Shown piece by piece: positions 20,633-30,595 of a DNA stretch of 64,000 nucleotides. The stretch lies in contig PMSV01000007.1 in NCBI GenBank assembly GCA_003168265.1, positions 8,429-72,428 of the forward strand, read 5' to 3'. The position numbers and the translations under genes were made by a program. How positions within the stretch are numbered: the first letter of the stretch is position 1; each line of letters begins with the position of its first letter. The notes below the pieces were generated by a model. That model did no database searches. It was not told the DNA's origin and saw nothing but the letters and a program-made list of their open reading frames with translations. This DNA is from Chitinophagaceae bacterium. Lineage in GTDB: Bacteria; Bacteroidota; Bacteroidia; Chitinophagales; Chitinophagaceae.

Positions 20633-22063
20633 ATGAGATATATATTCCTTTTAGCGCCATTTCTGGCCGGAACATTTCTGTTTTCTTGTAACCCAGGCCG
20701 AAAGTCAGCTAAGGAGCTTACCAGGCCCGCTATCCCGCCCTCATCCATTAAATTGCCTGACTCCCTACCAACTCTGCCCAACAGTGAGATCAACCTCGTA
20801 TTAAAAATCTATGCTCCGCCGATTCTAAGGATAGCAGATTCCATGGTTCCCAAAGAATTCAATTCGGATAATTGGCCCAATTATTCACAGCCTAGCTGTG
20901 ATTTTCGGTATAAATACCATTTCCTAAGATCTGTTCTGAAAATGTCTTGCACTAATAATCAGATAAACGTCCAGTTTACTGGCAATTACCAGCTTACAGG
21001 GAGCAAATGTCTGTGCACAATGGAAAAGCCAGTATCGCCCTGGATTTCAGGAAGTTGCGGATATGGCAAAGAACCTTTGAGAAAGGTTGGGATCAGTATC
21101 AGTTCTCAGATAATAATACTCCCGAATTTCAAGCTGAAAACGGTGACGCATTTGGACAATATCCAGTCCTACGACAAATGTGTGGTTTCCATGTTCTCCA
21201 GCGATGTTACCAATTTGGTGTCCGACAGCGTGCGTTCCTCAGTCAACGCTTTTTGTACCGCAATGGATGCTGCCATCAATGGAATGGATTATACCAAGAC
21301 CCTGCTCCAATTTTACCAGCAATACAAAACAATGGCAATTAGCAATTACGGCTATGTCTCATTGAACCCTTCCCTGATTCGTCTTGGAAATCTGAATTTC
21401 TCAAAGGATACTTTCTACCTCTCTGCAGGAACTGTTTGTCGGCCGGAATTTTCATCTGATAGCCAAAGGACTATTACAAATCCGGGATTTCCTTACCTGA
21501 ACCTAAGTGAAAGGAACAATGCCTCAATCATCTACCTGAACTTCAGCTATGGATTTGATTTTCTTTCCCGCATGCTCAATGATTCTCTTAAAAACAAGAC
21601 TTTTTATGTAAATGGGAGGACTATCGTGATCAAACAGGCTTCTTTAAAAGGCATTGGTGGTCATAGGGTTGAAATAAAAATTGAATTCGCTGGCAGCAAT
21701 CGGGGAAAGCTCTATTTGCGAGGCTCACCTGTTTATGATTCTGCATCTCAAACACTGACCGTACCGGATTTAGCCTATTCGATTGAAGATGAAGATCTCG
21801 TGTTAAAAATTGCCAAAACAATATCCCGCAACAAAATCAAAAAAGGCCTTTCCGGAAAAACCTACCTTGACATAGGAGCCCTGATAAAAAGCAATATCCC
21901 TGCGTTGAATGCAAGGTTAAACTCCGAACTTTTCAACCACTTTTATTCCTCCGGTAAGATCAATAATATCAAAGTGCTGGGCATACTCGCACAGAATGAC
22001 CAAATCCGAATACAGGTCTATGCCAATGTCAACCTGGCTTTATCAGCCACAGGTATGCCTTAA
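20633..22063 (+). CDS. DUF4403-like lipoprotein
   Basis: Lipobox FLFSC; YL.G.PVYD....L...DL.Y motif. Confidence 0.7.
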   Translation: MRYIFLLAPFLAGTFLFSCNPGRKSAKELTRPAIPPSSIKLPDSLPTLPNSEINLVLKIYAPPILRIADSMVPKEFNSDNWPNYSQPSCDFRYKYHFLRSVLKMSCTNNQINVQFTGNYQLTGSKCLCTMEKPVSPWISGSCGYGKEPLRKVGISISSQIIILPNFKLKTVTHLDNIQSYDKCVVSMFSSDVTNLVSDSVRSSVNAFCTAMDAAINGMDYTKTLLQFYQQYKTMAISNYGYVSLNPSLIRLGNLNFSKDTFYLSAGTVCRPEFSSDSQRTITNPGFPYLNLSERNNASIIYLNFSYGFDFLSRMLNDSLKNKTFYVNGRTIVIKQASLKGIGGHRVEIKIEFAGSNRGKLYLRGSPVYDSASQTLTVPDLAYSIEDEDLVLKIAKTISRNKIKKGLSGKTYLDIGALIKSNIPALNARLNSELFNHFYSSGKINNIKVLGILAQNDQIRIQVYANVNLALSATGMP

Positions 22064-22078
22064 GATCCCAGTCACATA

Positions 22079-22106
22079 GCAACCTTTAACAATTCATTTG
22101 CGTATT
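22079..22106 (+). promoter_or_regulatory. Putative ECF sigma-dependent (autoregulatory) promoter
   Basis: GCAACC-N16-CGTATT about 50 bp upstream of the ECF gene fits the AAC/CGT ECF consensus. Confidence 0.6.
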
Positions 22107-22155
22107 CAAAACACTGACTGGGGTAGTTTGCGCTTCCATACTCGAACCTAACAAC

Positions 22156-22746
22156 TTGATCGCAGGAAATCACGAAATAAGCGCAATTATTGCTGGCTGC
22201 CGTCAGAATGAAAGAAGCAGCCAAAAAGAGTTGTATCAACTGCTTAAGGATTTTGCCATGAAAGTGTGTTACCGCTATCAAAATTTATCAGAAGAAGCGG
22301 AAGAGATCATGAATGAAGGATTTTTAAAACTGTTTAAAAATATAGGACAATTCGACGAAAAAAGGCATGCCAACATCGAAATTGCGCTTAAAGGGTGGTT
22401 TAAGAAAATACTTGTAAATACCTGTATCGACCATTATCGGAAAAATGCATCCAGGGTGAGCAATAAGATTATTACCCAGGAAACGGAAAATATTGCCGGT
22501 CATGGGGAAAACGGATTGGATCTGCTCTCTTACAAGGAAATCATGTCAGCAATCAGAACACTCTCTCCCGCCTATCGGACGGTATTTAACCTGTTCGTCA
22601 TAGAAGGCATGACACATGAAGAGATTGCGGCCCGTTTGGGCATTTCGGTGGGAGCCTCAAAATCTAACCTTTCCAAAGCTAGAGACAATCTTAGAAAACT
22701 CCTTTTAAAAAAAACTGACCAGACCAAATATGTTCAACCTTTCTGA
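22156..22746 (+). CDS. ECF RNA polymerase sigma factor
   Basis: Region 2 (AEEIMNEGFLKLF...W.KKILVNTCIDHYRK) and region 4 (VFNLFVIEGMTHEEIAARLGISVGASKSNLSKAR). Confidence 0.95.
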   Translation: MIAGNHEISAIIAGCRQNERSSQKELYQLLKDFAMKVCYRYQNLSEEAEEIMNEGFLKLFKNIGQFDEKRHANIEIALKGWFKKILVNTCIDHYRKNASRVSNKIITQETENIAGHGENGLDLLSYKEIMSAIRTLSPAYRTVFNLFVIEGMTHEEIAARLGISVGASKSNLSKARDNLRKLLLKKTDQTKYVQPF

Positions 22747-24313
22747 CAAAGAGTTGGATCGCCTAAGCCGGGAAGCCGCTGATAAATTCGAGGTGAAGCC
22801 TTCAGTTTCATCCTGGGAAGCCCTGGAAAAAAAGCTGGACCTGGAATTTGGCAACGCTCCGGCACCAGGTTCAGCCCTTGCCCCTTCCCGAGGCTTGTTC
22901 TATCCGCTTGCATATTCCACCGCTCTGGTCCTGTTGATCGGCGGCGCGTATTTTTTTCTTAGATCAGGCAAATTAAATCACTCGGAAATCGGAAAAAATT
23001 TTACACTTTCTTCTCAAAATAAAGACAACTCAAGCCCTGCTCAGATAAAAACCTCACAATCTGCCAATCAAACGGGAGTTGTAAGTATTGAACCTGGAAA
23101 GTCCGTTCACTCTGACGGTCAAGAAATCTCAAGCCCCCCACAAACAAAGGCTTCTAAACTGCCCTCAATAAATAAGATCCGATCTTTTTCTGAGAATAGG
23201 TTGAATCAGAACCTGACCGAAAACGAAACAAGGAATTCCGGCTCCGGTCTATCGAAGGAAAATGTGCCGAAAGGATCAGCAAACCGTTTAAGGAATTCAT
23301 CTTTCAAAACAAGGCTCCCAGGCAATTCAGTAACGGGAGGTTCAGAAAATGCAGGAAGCATGTCCTCTGCTAGCCTGAACCATAGCAGAAGAAACCTGTC
23401 AAATCCAAATAAGCCTGGAGCCGGCGAGAACCCGGACAACCTCCAACACGGCATTGCAAAGGGGAATCAAAGCATGGATAATAAAGGCGACTATCCATAT
23501 GACCCTGCACCAATAAGAAGAGAGAATTTGTTCATCCATGCCGGGCCGGCAGGTTTAAGCCCGGTCATCCATTTAAATCCTATCCGTGTCAGCGACTCTT
23601 TATTGCTTGCAGAAGCAATGAAACAGCATGTGAAACCTTCCTCTCCGCATCAATCCCTTGTTTTCTCGCGTCCTCTTGAAATAGGCATTACCGTTGCCCC
23701 GGAAATTTCCAAGGCCAAAATAAATTATATTGGGACACCTCTGGGAGTCAATTTCGGCATGACGCTGGATTATCATGTACTGGGAGGGTTTTCCCTGAAT
23801 TCAGGGCTGACTTATGCAAAAAAATTCTATCAGGCCGCCGGAAAAGATTTTCACCCCAATGATCAAATCTATGTTCCGCAAAATACGACGATCGGATCAG
23901 TAAAAGGTTCATTGAAAATGATTGATCTGCCTTTAAACATAAGATATGATTTCAGGTCTGATGAAAAGACCTTTTTATTTATCAGCGCTGGCTTATCTTC
24001 CTACCTGATCCAGAGACAGGAATACAATTATGTTTGTATCAATAACCCTTCCAACACAGGAAACCCTCCCCCTAACATACCTTACTATAACCATGAAAAC
24101 GATGATGTAAATAAATCCGAGATCAATTGGTTTTCTGTGCTGAACCTCTCGGCTGGTTTTGAAACCAGCTTGAGTAATAGCCTTTCCTTTCAGATGAATC
24201 CTTATTTCAAGATTCCACTCCGGGGAGTCGGCGCCGGTGATGTATCTTTAAGCAGTTATGGTATTGCCATAGCGCTAAAATATTCCCCGGTCTTGAAAAA
24301 ATCGAGGCGTTGA
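22730..24313 (+). CDS. Putative anti-sigma factor with TM helix, long linker and C-terminal outer-membrane beta-barrel (PorT-like)
   Basis: Overlaps the sigma gene; helical N-terminus (W..LEKKL); one TM segment; Ser/Asn-rich linker; barrel motifs SGLTYAKKFY, IDLPLNIRYDF and NPYFKIPL. Confidence 0.75.
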   Translation: MFNLSDKELDRLSREAADKFEVKPSVSSWEALEKKLDLEFGNAPAPGSALAPSRGLFYPLAYSTALVLLIGGAYFFLRSGKLNHSEIGKNFTLSSQNKDNSSPAQIKTSQSANQTGVVSIEPGKSVHSDGQEISSPPQTKASKLPSINKIRSFSENRLNQNLTENETRNSGSGLSKENVPKGSANRLRNSSFKTRLPGNSVTGGSENAGSMSSASLNHSRRNLSNPNKPGAGENPDNLQHGIAKGNQSMDNKGDYPYDPAPIRRENLFIHAGPAGLSPVIHLNPIRVSDSLLLAEAMKQHVKPSSPHQSLVFSRPLEIGITVAPEISKAKINYIGTPLGVNFGMTLDYHVLGGFSLNSGLTYAKKFYQAAGKDFHPNDQIYVPQNTTIGSVKGSLKMIDLPLNIRYDFRSDEKTFLFISAGLSSYLIQRQEYNYVCINNPSNTGNPPPNIPYYNHENDDVNKSEINWFSVLNLSAGFETSLSNSLSFQMNPYFKIPLRGVGAGDVSLSSYGIAIALKYSPVLKKSRR

Positions 24314-24323
24314 TTGCATGAAT

Positions 24324-24722
24324 TCATTTGCTAAGTTCAAACCAGACCTGCCTGGGATCATTCCAATCCCCATTGTAATTAATGGTCAGCTCTTCACCGG
24401 ACTTAATATGACGAACCGAATGTATGGCAATCGTTTGATTTTCGTAGTCCATTTGGTATTCGCAATTCGAAACCGGGGAATGATTGTAAACCGAAATATA
24501 ACCCAGCGCCACACAGCATTTGCCTCCCGTAGCGCCCCATTCAAATATATATTCATGCATCAGGGTTTGGTCCAGCAATACCCGATCATCCTGACTCATA
24601 ACAATGACAGGAGAGACTTCAAGAGTTTCTCCACTGGCAATATCCTCTGAACTGAATACCCCCCTTCCTTTTCCCTGGACATCCGAAATATATAAACTAC
24701 TTAATAGCATGAATAGGGACAA
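24324..24722 (-). CDS. SET-domain protein (putative lysine methyltransferase)
   Basis: KGRGVF, YNHS...NC and GEELTINY SET motifs. True start may be the ATG at 24710. Confidence 0.88.
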   Translation of the reverse strand: MSLFMLLSSLYISDVQGKGRGVFSSEDIASGETLEVSPVIVMSQDDRVLLDQTLMHEYIFEWGATGGKCCVALGYISVYNHSPVSNCEYQMDYENQTIAIHSVRHIKSGEELTINYNGDWNDPRQVWFELSK

Positions 24723-24854
24723 AATAGGAAAATCATTTGATCCGGCCAGAAAACTGCATCCCGTTATAAAAATATTTCGAAATTAGGCCGATTGGTTTAT
24801 TATCAAGTCTTAACTAAAATGAATAGGATGGGGACTATATCCTAAATTTGGCGC

Positions 24855-26264
24855 ATGGAGCTGGAATTTGAAAATCATTTGATGCTCGAACAATTTCTGA
24901 TGATCGTCGAAAGTAATGACATTCCAAGAATCAGGGAATTTCTCGATGACCAGAATATCAGCGATGTGGCCAAACTGATCGACGAATATCCGGAATATGA
25001 ACAGCAGATCATCGATAACCTAACCATAGTGCGGTCCGCCAGCACTTTTAAGATCCTGGACCTCCCTACCCAGAAAAGGGTCATGCGCGACCTTCCTCCT
25101 TCGAAGATCGCCGAACTATTGAATGTATTGCCCCCTGATGACCGAACAGATTTTTTCGAGGGGCTTCCGAGCAGCATCGTTCGCGAGTTGATCAAACTAT
25201 TGACTCCGGAAGAAAGAAAGATCACTCTATCGCTTTTCGGATACCCTGAAAACAGCGTAGGCAGGCTGATGACCCCCGATTACGTTTATGTATTTGAAAA
25301 CAATACCGTAGCCGAAGTCCTGGAGATCATCCGTAAAGTGGGAAAAAACAGCGAGACCATTGATGTTATCTATGTAATAAATGAAAAAGGCGAATTATTG
25401 GACGATATCCGTATCCGTGAATTTATCCTGAACCATCCCTCTAAAAAAGTGAGCGATCTGATGGATGAACGCAGGGTCATTGCCCTGAATGCCTATGACG
25501 ATCAGGAAAAAGCTTATGAAGCCTTCAAGATGAATAACCGGGTGGCCCTTCCTGTGGTCAGCAACAGCAATAAATTACTGGGCATCGTGACAATTGACGA
25601 TGTACTCTGGGTGGCCACTGAAGAATTCAGTGAGGATATCCAAAAGATCGGCGGTACGGAAGCCCTTGAAGAACCTTACCTGACCATTCCCTTTCGCAGG
25701 CTCATTCGTAAAAGGGTCGGCTGGCTGATCATTCTTTTCCTGAGCGAAATGCTTACAGCTACAGCTCTTGCCTATTTTAATGATGAGATCGCAAAGGCAA
25801 CGGTACTCGTATTATTCATGCCCCTGATCGCTTCCAGCGGAGGGAATAGCGGTTCTCAGGCTTCCACTCTGATCATTCAGGCTATGGCAGTCGGGGAAGT
25901 CTCCCTGATGGATTGGTGGAGAGTCATGAGAAGGGAGATCGGTTCGGGATTTGTACTCGGGTCGGTACTCGGGATCATCGGTTTTTTCAGAATCTTCGTC
26001 TGGCATGTTTTAATGGCGCATGGCGTTTTTAAGGACATTTATGGTCCTCACTGGTTTCTTGTAGGCCTGAGTGTGGGAATATCGCTAGTTGGTGTTGTTC
26101 TATGGGGAACCCTGTCGGGTTCTATGTTACCGATCGTATTAAAAAAATTAGGAGCCGATCCGGCAGTTTCCAGCGCGCCTTTCGTTGCAACCCTGGTCGA
26201 TGTGACCGGACTCATCATTTACTTCTCAGTATCCCTGATCGTCATGCAGGGAGTCATGTTGTAA
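24855..26264 (+). CDS. mgtE: Magnesium transporter MgtE
   Basis: MgtE_N domain, CBS pair (GRLMTPDY), GGNSGSQ and DPAVSSAPFVATLVDVTG motifs. Confidence 0.96.
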   Translation: MELEFENHLMLEQFLMIVESNDIPRIREFLDDQNISDVAKLIDEYPEYEQQIIDNLTIVRSASTFKILDLPTQKRVMRDLPPSKIAELLNVLPPDDRTDFFEGLPSSIVRELIKLLTPEERKITLSLFGYPENSVGRLMTPDYVYVFENNTVAEVLEIIRKVGKNSETIDVIYVINEKGELLDDIRIREFILNHPSKKVSDLMDERRVIALNAYDDQEKAYEAFKMNNRVALPVVSNSNKLLGIVTIDDVLWVATEEFSEDIQKIGGTEALEEPYLTIPFRRLIRKRVGWLIILFLSEMLTATALAYFNDEIAKATVLVLFMPLIASSGGNSGSQASTLIIQAMAVGEVSLMDWWRVMRREIGSGFVLGSVLGIIGFFRIFVWHVLMAHGVFKDIYGPHWFLVGLSVGISLVGVVLWGTLSGSMLPIVLKKLGADPAVSSAPFVATLVDVTGLIIYFSVSLIVMQGVML

Positions 26265-26279
26265 TATTTCTGCCGCAAA

Positions 26280-26483
26280 TTACCTTGATACCGAAGCCAA
26301 TGCAGGCTTCTGTACGCTGCTTTTTTCAGCAGCCGGGGTTTTTGAACTGCCTGATGAGCCATTGACAATGTAGAAAACAGCAGAACAAATAAAAATGGAA
26401 AAAAATAAGGCAACCATATACATTCCAATGCAGAAAAGAAAAGATTGCCAGCCACCAATTGTTGAAAATGTTTTGGCTTTCAT
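26280..26483 (-). CDS. Small single-pass membrane protein, unknown function
   Basis: MKAKTFSTIGGWQSFLFCIGMYMVALFFSIFICSAVFYIV plus polar tail; fills the mgtE-radC gap. Confidence 0.6.
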   Translation of the reverse strand: MKAKTFSTIGGWQSFLFCIGMYMVALFFSIFICSAVFYIVNGSSGSSKTPAAEKSSVQKPALASVSR

Positions 26484-26593
26484 GGGGTTTAGATTTCTAA
26501 AGGTTACGGATTCAAGATGCTCTTCACTTTTCATTAACGAAAAAAAAAATGAAGTAGTATCTTTTGCGCTCCTTCTAAACTAAATCAATATTA

Positions 26594-27292
26594 ATGATGA
26601 TGCAAGAGAACAAATACTCGATCAAAAACTGGCCAAAAGATGATAGGCCCAGGGAAAAATTACTAAGTAAAAGCCCGGCAATGCTGAGTGATTCCGAATT
26701 GCTTTCCATTTTGATAGGTCATGGAACCAGGGAAAAAACGGCCGTCGACCTCGCAAAAGAAGTCCTGCAAATAGGGCGCAACAACCTATCCGAAATAGGC
26801 AAATTGGGAATCAGAGACTTAATGAAAATCAAGGGGATCGGGGAAGCCAAGGCCATCACCCTGATGGCGGCAATGGAGCTTGGAAGAAGAAGGCAGGCCG
26901 GTAATTTCCTTGAAAAACCCATGGTCCGCGACAGCAAACAGATCGCCACCTACCTTCAGGGTCTTCTTCGCGACCATAAACAGGAGGTTTTCGCTGTGGT
27001 CTTTCTCAACCGTTCCAATAAGATCAATCATTTTGAGATCATCAGCCAGGGTGGTATAACGGGAACGGTCGCCGACCCTAGGATCATCCTTAGAAAAGCC
27101 CTTGAAGAAAATGCAGTTAGCATCATTCTATGCCATAACCATCCTTCCGGGAACCTGAAGCCCAGCCGGGCGGACGAGGACCTAACCAGTAAGATCAAGG
27201 AAGCCGCCAGCTATTTCGATATCCGGGTGCTGGATCATATCATTGTCAGCGAAGAAGGCTATTATAGTTTTGCAGATGAAGGAATGATCTGA
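26594..27292 (+). CDS. radC: RadC/JAB-domain protein
   Basis: PREKL, GIGEAKA HhH, HNHPSG..PS..D and LDHIIV motifs. Confidence 0.95.
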   Translation: MMMQENKYSIKNWPKDDRPREKLLSKSPAMLSDSELLSILIGHGTREKTAVDLAKEVLQIGRNNLSEIGKLGIRDLMKIKGIGEAKAITLMAAMELGRRRQAGNFLEKPMVRDSKQIATYLQGLLRDHKQEVFAVVFLNRSNKINHFEIISQGGITGTVADPRIILRKALEENAVSIILCHNHPSGNLKPSRADEDLTSKIKEAASYFDIRVLDHIIVSEEGYYSFADEGMI

Positions 27293-27296
27293 ATAA

Positions 27297-27611
27297 CTAG
27301 GCCTTTGCCGTTGGACCACCAAAATTCAGGGGAATCTGGACCTCCTCCAGCTCCTGAATTTTTCCGTTTGCTGCCTCGAATCGGGTGATATTTTCCGATA
27401 GCGCTTTCATAAAACGTTTGGCGTGTTGAGGAGTAAAAATGATCCTTGACTTCACCTTGCTTTTGGGTGTGCCAGGCATAACATTCACAAAGTCGATCAC
27501 GAATTCCGCGTGGCTGTGGGTAATGATCGCCAGATTGGCGTATTCGCCTTCGGCCACCGTTTCCGAAAGCTCGATATTCAGTTGATTGGGTGCTTGTTGT
27601 TGCTCTGCCAT
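27297..27611 (-). CDS. DUF3467 family protein
   Basis: GEYANLAIITHS..EFVIDF...MPG...SRII.TPQHAKR motif. ATG at 27611 sits next to a promoter element. Confidence 0.88.
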   Translation of the reverse strand: MAEQQQAPNQLNIELSETVAEGEYANLAIITHSHAEFVIDFVNVMPGTPKSKVKSRIIFTPQHAKRFMKALSENITRFEAANGKIQELEEVQIPLNFGGPTAKA

Positions 27612-27712
27612 GGGCTCAAATATACGCAACTTGCATCAAAAGTCCTGTTGCAAATGCCCGCTAAAAGAAGTGGCCCTGCATTTTGATTCCCCTTGGACAT
27701 TAACTTTGCGCC

Positions 27713-28588
27713 ATGCAAATTTTAGACGGCCAAATGGCTTCCCAGGCTATCAGGGATGCACTCAAAATGGAAGTAGCACAGCTTATCGCAGAAGGAAAGA
27801 AAATCCCCCACCTTGCCGCAGTGCTCGTTGGCAATCATGGAGCCAGCGAAACCTATGTGGGGGCAAAAGTGAAAGCCTGTGCTGAAATCGGCTACCGCTC
27901 CACTCTTATCAGATTTGAAGAAGACATCAGTGAGAATAAATTGCTGAATGAAATAGAAAATCTCAACAATGATCCAGGTGTCGACGGCATACTCGTCCAA
28001 TTGCCCCTTCCTAAACAGGTCTCTGATGAAAAAGTGATCAATGCCATCCAGGTATCCAAAGATGTGGATGGATTCCATCCCATTAGCATTGGCCGCATGG
28101 TGCAGGGTCAGCCCTCATTTATTCCCGCAACCCCGCATGGCATCATGCTTTTACTGGAACATTATAAAATAGATACCAGGGGCATGCATGCTGTAGTGAT
28201 CGGGAGAAGCAATATTGTGGGACGGCCCATTAGCATCTTGCTCAGCAGCAACAGCCAGCCGGGTAATTGCACCGTAACAATTTGTCATTCTCATACCCAT
28301 AATCTGAAAGAAATATGCCTTCAGGCAGACCTCATAGTAGCGGCCCTGGGCAAACCCGAATTTCTTCGGGCAGATATGGTAAAAGAAGGAGTCATTATCA
28401 TCGATGTAGGGATAACCAGGGTGCCCGACCCTTCCAAAAAAAGTGGCTTTGCCATTAAAGGCGATGTGAAATTCGACGAAGTGAGTCCTAAATGCAGCTA
28501 TATCACCCCTGTTCCGCGCGGCGTAGGTCCCATGACCATTGCAGCGCTTATGAAAAACACACTGAAGGCCTGCCAGGAAAATAATTGA
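27713..28588 (+). CDS. folD: Bifunctional methylenetetrahydrofolate dehydrogenase/cyclohydrolase
   Basis: [26 protein letters not shown] and ITPVP.GVGPMT motifs. Confidence 0.97.
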   Translation: MQILDGQMASQAIRDALKMEVAQLIAEGKKIPHLAAVLVGNHGASETYVGAKVKACAEIGYRSTLIRFEEDISENKLLNEIENLNNDPGVDGILVQLPLPKQVSDEKVINAIQVSKDVDGFHPISIGRMVQGQPSFIPATPHGIMLLLEHYKIDTRGMHAVVIGRSNIVGRPISILLSSNSQPGNCTVTICHSHTHNLKEICLQADLIVAALGKPEFLRADMVKEGVIIIDVGITRVPDPSKKSGFAIKGDVKFDEVSPKCSYITPVPRGVGPMTIAALMKNTLKACQENN

Positions 28589-28607
28589 TTCTGGTAAATC
28601 CTCAACC

Positions 28608-30512
28608 TTATTTTCCCACTATTCTCAACTCCGTCCTGCGATTTTTAGCACGACTGGCTTCAGTCCCATTATCTGATACCGGCCTGGTGTCCCCGAATCC
28701 CTTAAATGTCAAACGCTGAGGGTTGATGCCATTAGAAACCAGCCATCCAACTACAGCTCTGGCCCGGCTTTCTGAGAGTTTCTGATTATCAGCAGTCTTA
28801 CCCATATTGTCTGTATGTCCGCTGATTTCGATCCTTACAACAGGATTTTCTTTTAAAAGTGAAACCACCTCATTGAGTTCCACATAGGACTCTGCACGGA
28901 TATCCGATTTATTGATATCGAAGAAAATATTCTTCAATATTATTCGCGCATCGGCTTCGATAGGCTGTAGGGGAATATCTATCAGGTAGGTTGAATCCGG
29001 CAGTTTTTCTTTGAATGGAAAATTTTCTGAATAGAACAGATAGCCCCTTCGGTTAACTTTGAAGGCATAATTTTTACCTAGCGGCAAGGTAATAAAATAA
29101 TTCCCCAGTTCATCCGTCTGCACCTGACTGATCACAAGCCTGGTCGAAAGATTCGTCAGGGATAGAGAGGAAGGCAGTCCCTTTCCGGTCTTGAGGTCAT
29201 ATACCCTTCCCCTGATCCATAAAGTCCGCGAGGGCCTGAGGTCCTCCCTTAAACTAAACTGATAGAGATCAAGTCCTCCCCGGCTATCTGACCGGTCGCT
29301 TGCATAATAAGCGGTTTTTCCATCGGCGGTCACGACGATGCTTCCCTCGTTGTCAATTGTATTGACAGGATATCCCAGATTCACCGGCCTGGTCCAGTTC
29401 CCTGCAGAATCTTTTCTTGAAACAAAAAGATCATCGCCGCCATAGCCTGGATGGCCATTGGAAGTGAAATAAAGGCTCTCGTTATCAGCATGAATAAAGG
29501 GGGCACTCTCATCACCAACTGTATTGATCAGAGGCCCCAGGTTCTCCGGTTCACCCCACTGGCCATTCCTCTGAAGATGACTCACATAAATATCCTTTCC
29601 ACCATAACCCCCGGGCCGGTTACTGGTAAAATACAGGTCTTTTTTATCCGGCGACAGAGAGGGAGCGGATTCCCAGAATTCAGTATTCACGCGGTTTCCC
29701 AGATTCACCGGCGAACTCCACCCCTCTTTTTCCAGGAAGGAAATATAAATATCACAACTCCCATAACCCTCGGGGAAATTGCAACCTGTAAAGACCAGCC
29801 ATTGTCCGTCCTGTGAAATATTCTGTGCCCCCTCGTTCATATTGGTATTTATATTTCCTTCCAGGCTGCGGGCCTTGCTCCAATGACCATCCACCTTATT
29901 CGACTCAAAAAAATCTTCATTGTTGTCATTGACCCGTCGCGTAAATATCAGCTTATCCCCTTCGATGGCAAGAGAAGGATAATATTCCGACTCAGCCGAG
30001 TTCACACTGTCACCCAGATTCTCCGGTAAAAATTCATAATTCCGGGGATGGCCCTTTTCATAATCCAATGCAAACTCATAACAGCTCTTGCGATAATTGC
30101 CGGCTTTTTGAGCTCCCTCCTTTAAATTGGGAATGGTCAGAAATAGGTTCACTGCATCTAAAGCTTCATTGAAATGACCCAGCCCTGCAAGATCGATCGA
30201 ATAAGGAAGGCAGAATTCCATAAAATAAGCGCTGTCTATCTTTCTTGCTTTTTCATAGTTCTCAACGGCGGCCGGATATTGCTTCAGTTCACCATAAATA
30301 CCAGCCATGGAAAGCCATGCATCCGCAAATCCGGGTTGTTGCCTGATCGCCTCCTGCAGCAATGCAATTGCCTCCTTATATTGACTGGCATGTGCCGCCT
30401 CCAATGCACTTGAATAGATTTTAGCTGCTTTAGGAGATACATTTTCCGGATTGTATTGAGCTTCTGAGTGAAGAAAAGGGATGAACAACAGGATATAGAA
30501 CAGCCATTTCAT
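28608..30512 (-). CDS. TPR-PD40-OmpA family protein (PorE-like)
   Basis: N-terminal TPR repeats, PD40 repeats (PSLSPD...LYFTSNRPGG.GG.D) and OmpA domain (ISGHTD...LSESRA..V...NRRTE). Confidence 0.88.
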   Translation of the reverse strand: MKWLFYILLFIPFLHSEAQYNPENVSPKAAKIYSSALEAAHASQYKEAIALLQEAIRQQPGFADAWLSMAGIYGELKQYPAAVENYEKARKIDSAYFMEFCLPYSIDLAGLGHFNEALDAVNLFLTIPNLKEGAQKAGNYRKSCYEFALDYEKGHPRNYEFLPENLGDSVNSAESEYYPSLAIEGDKLIFTRRVNDNNEDFFESNKVDGHWSKARSLEGNINTNMNEGAQNISQDGQWLVFTGCNFPEGYGSCDIYISFLEKEGWSSPVNLGNRVNTEFWESAPSLSPDKKDLYFTSNRPGGYGGKDIYVSHLQRNGQWGEPENLGPLINTVGDESAPFIHADNESLYFTSNGHPGYGGDDLFVSRKDSAGNWTRPVNLGYPVNTIDNEGSIVVTADGKTAYYASDRSDSRGGLDLYQFSLREDLRPSRTLWIRGRVYDLKTGKGLPSSLSLTNLSTRLVISQVQTDELGNYFITLPLGKNYAFKVNRRGYLFYSENFPFKEKLPDSTYLIDIPLQPIEADARIILKNIFFDINKSDIRAESYVELNEVVSLLKENPVVRIEISGHTDNMGKTADNQKLSESRARAVVGWLVSNGINPQRLTFKGFGDTRPVSDNGTEASRAKNRRTELRIVGK

Positions 30513-30595
30513 AAATGGAAATTACAAACGATTCCGGAAAGCTCATAGTGCCAGGCCCGATTTAAGAGGAATTTACAAGGAGTCCGACCGCCCAC

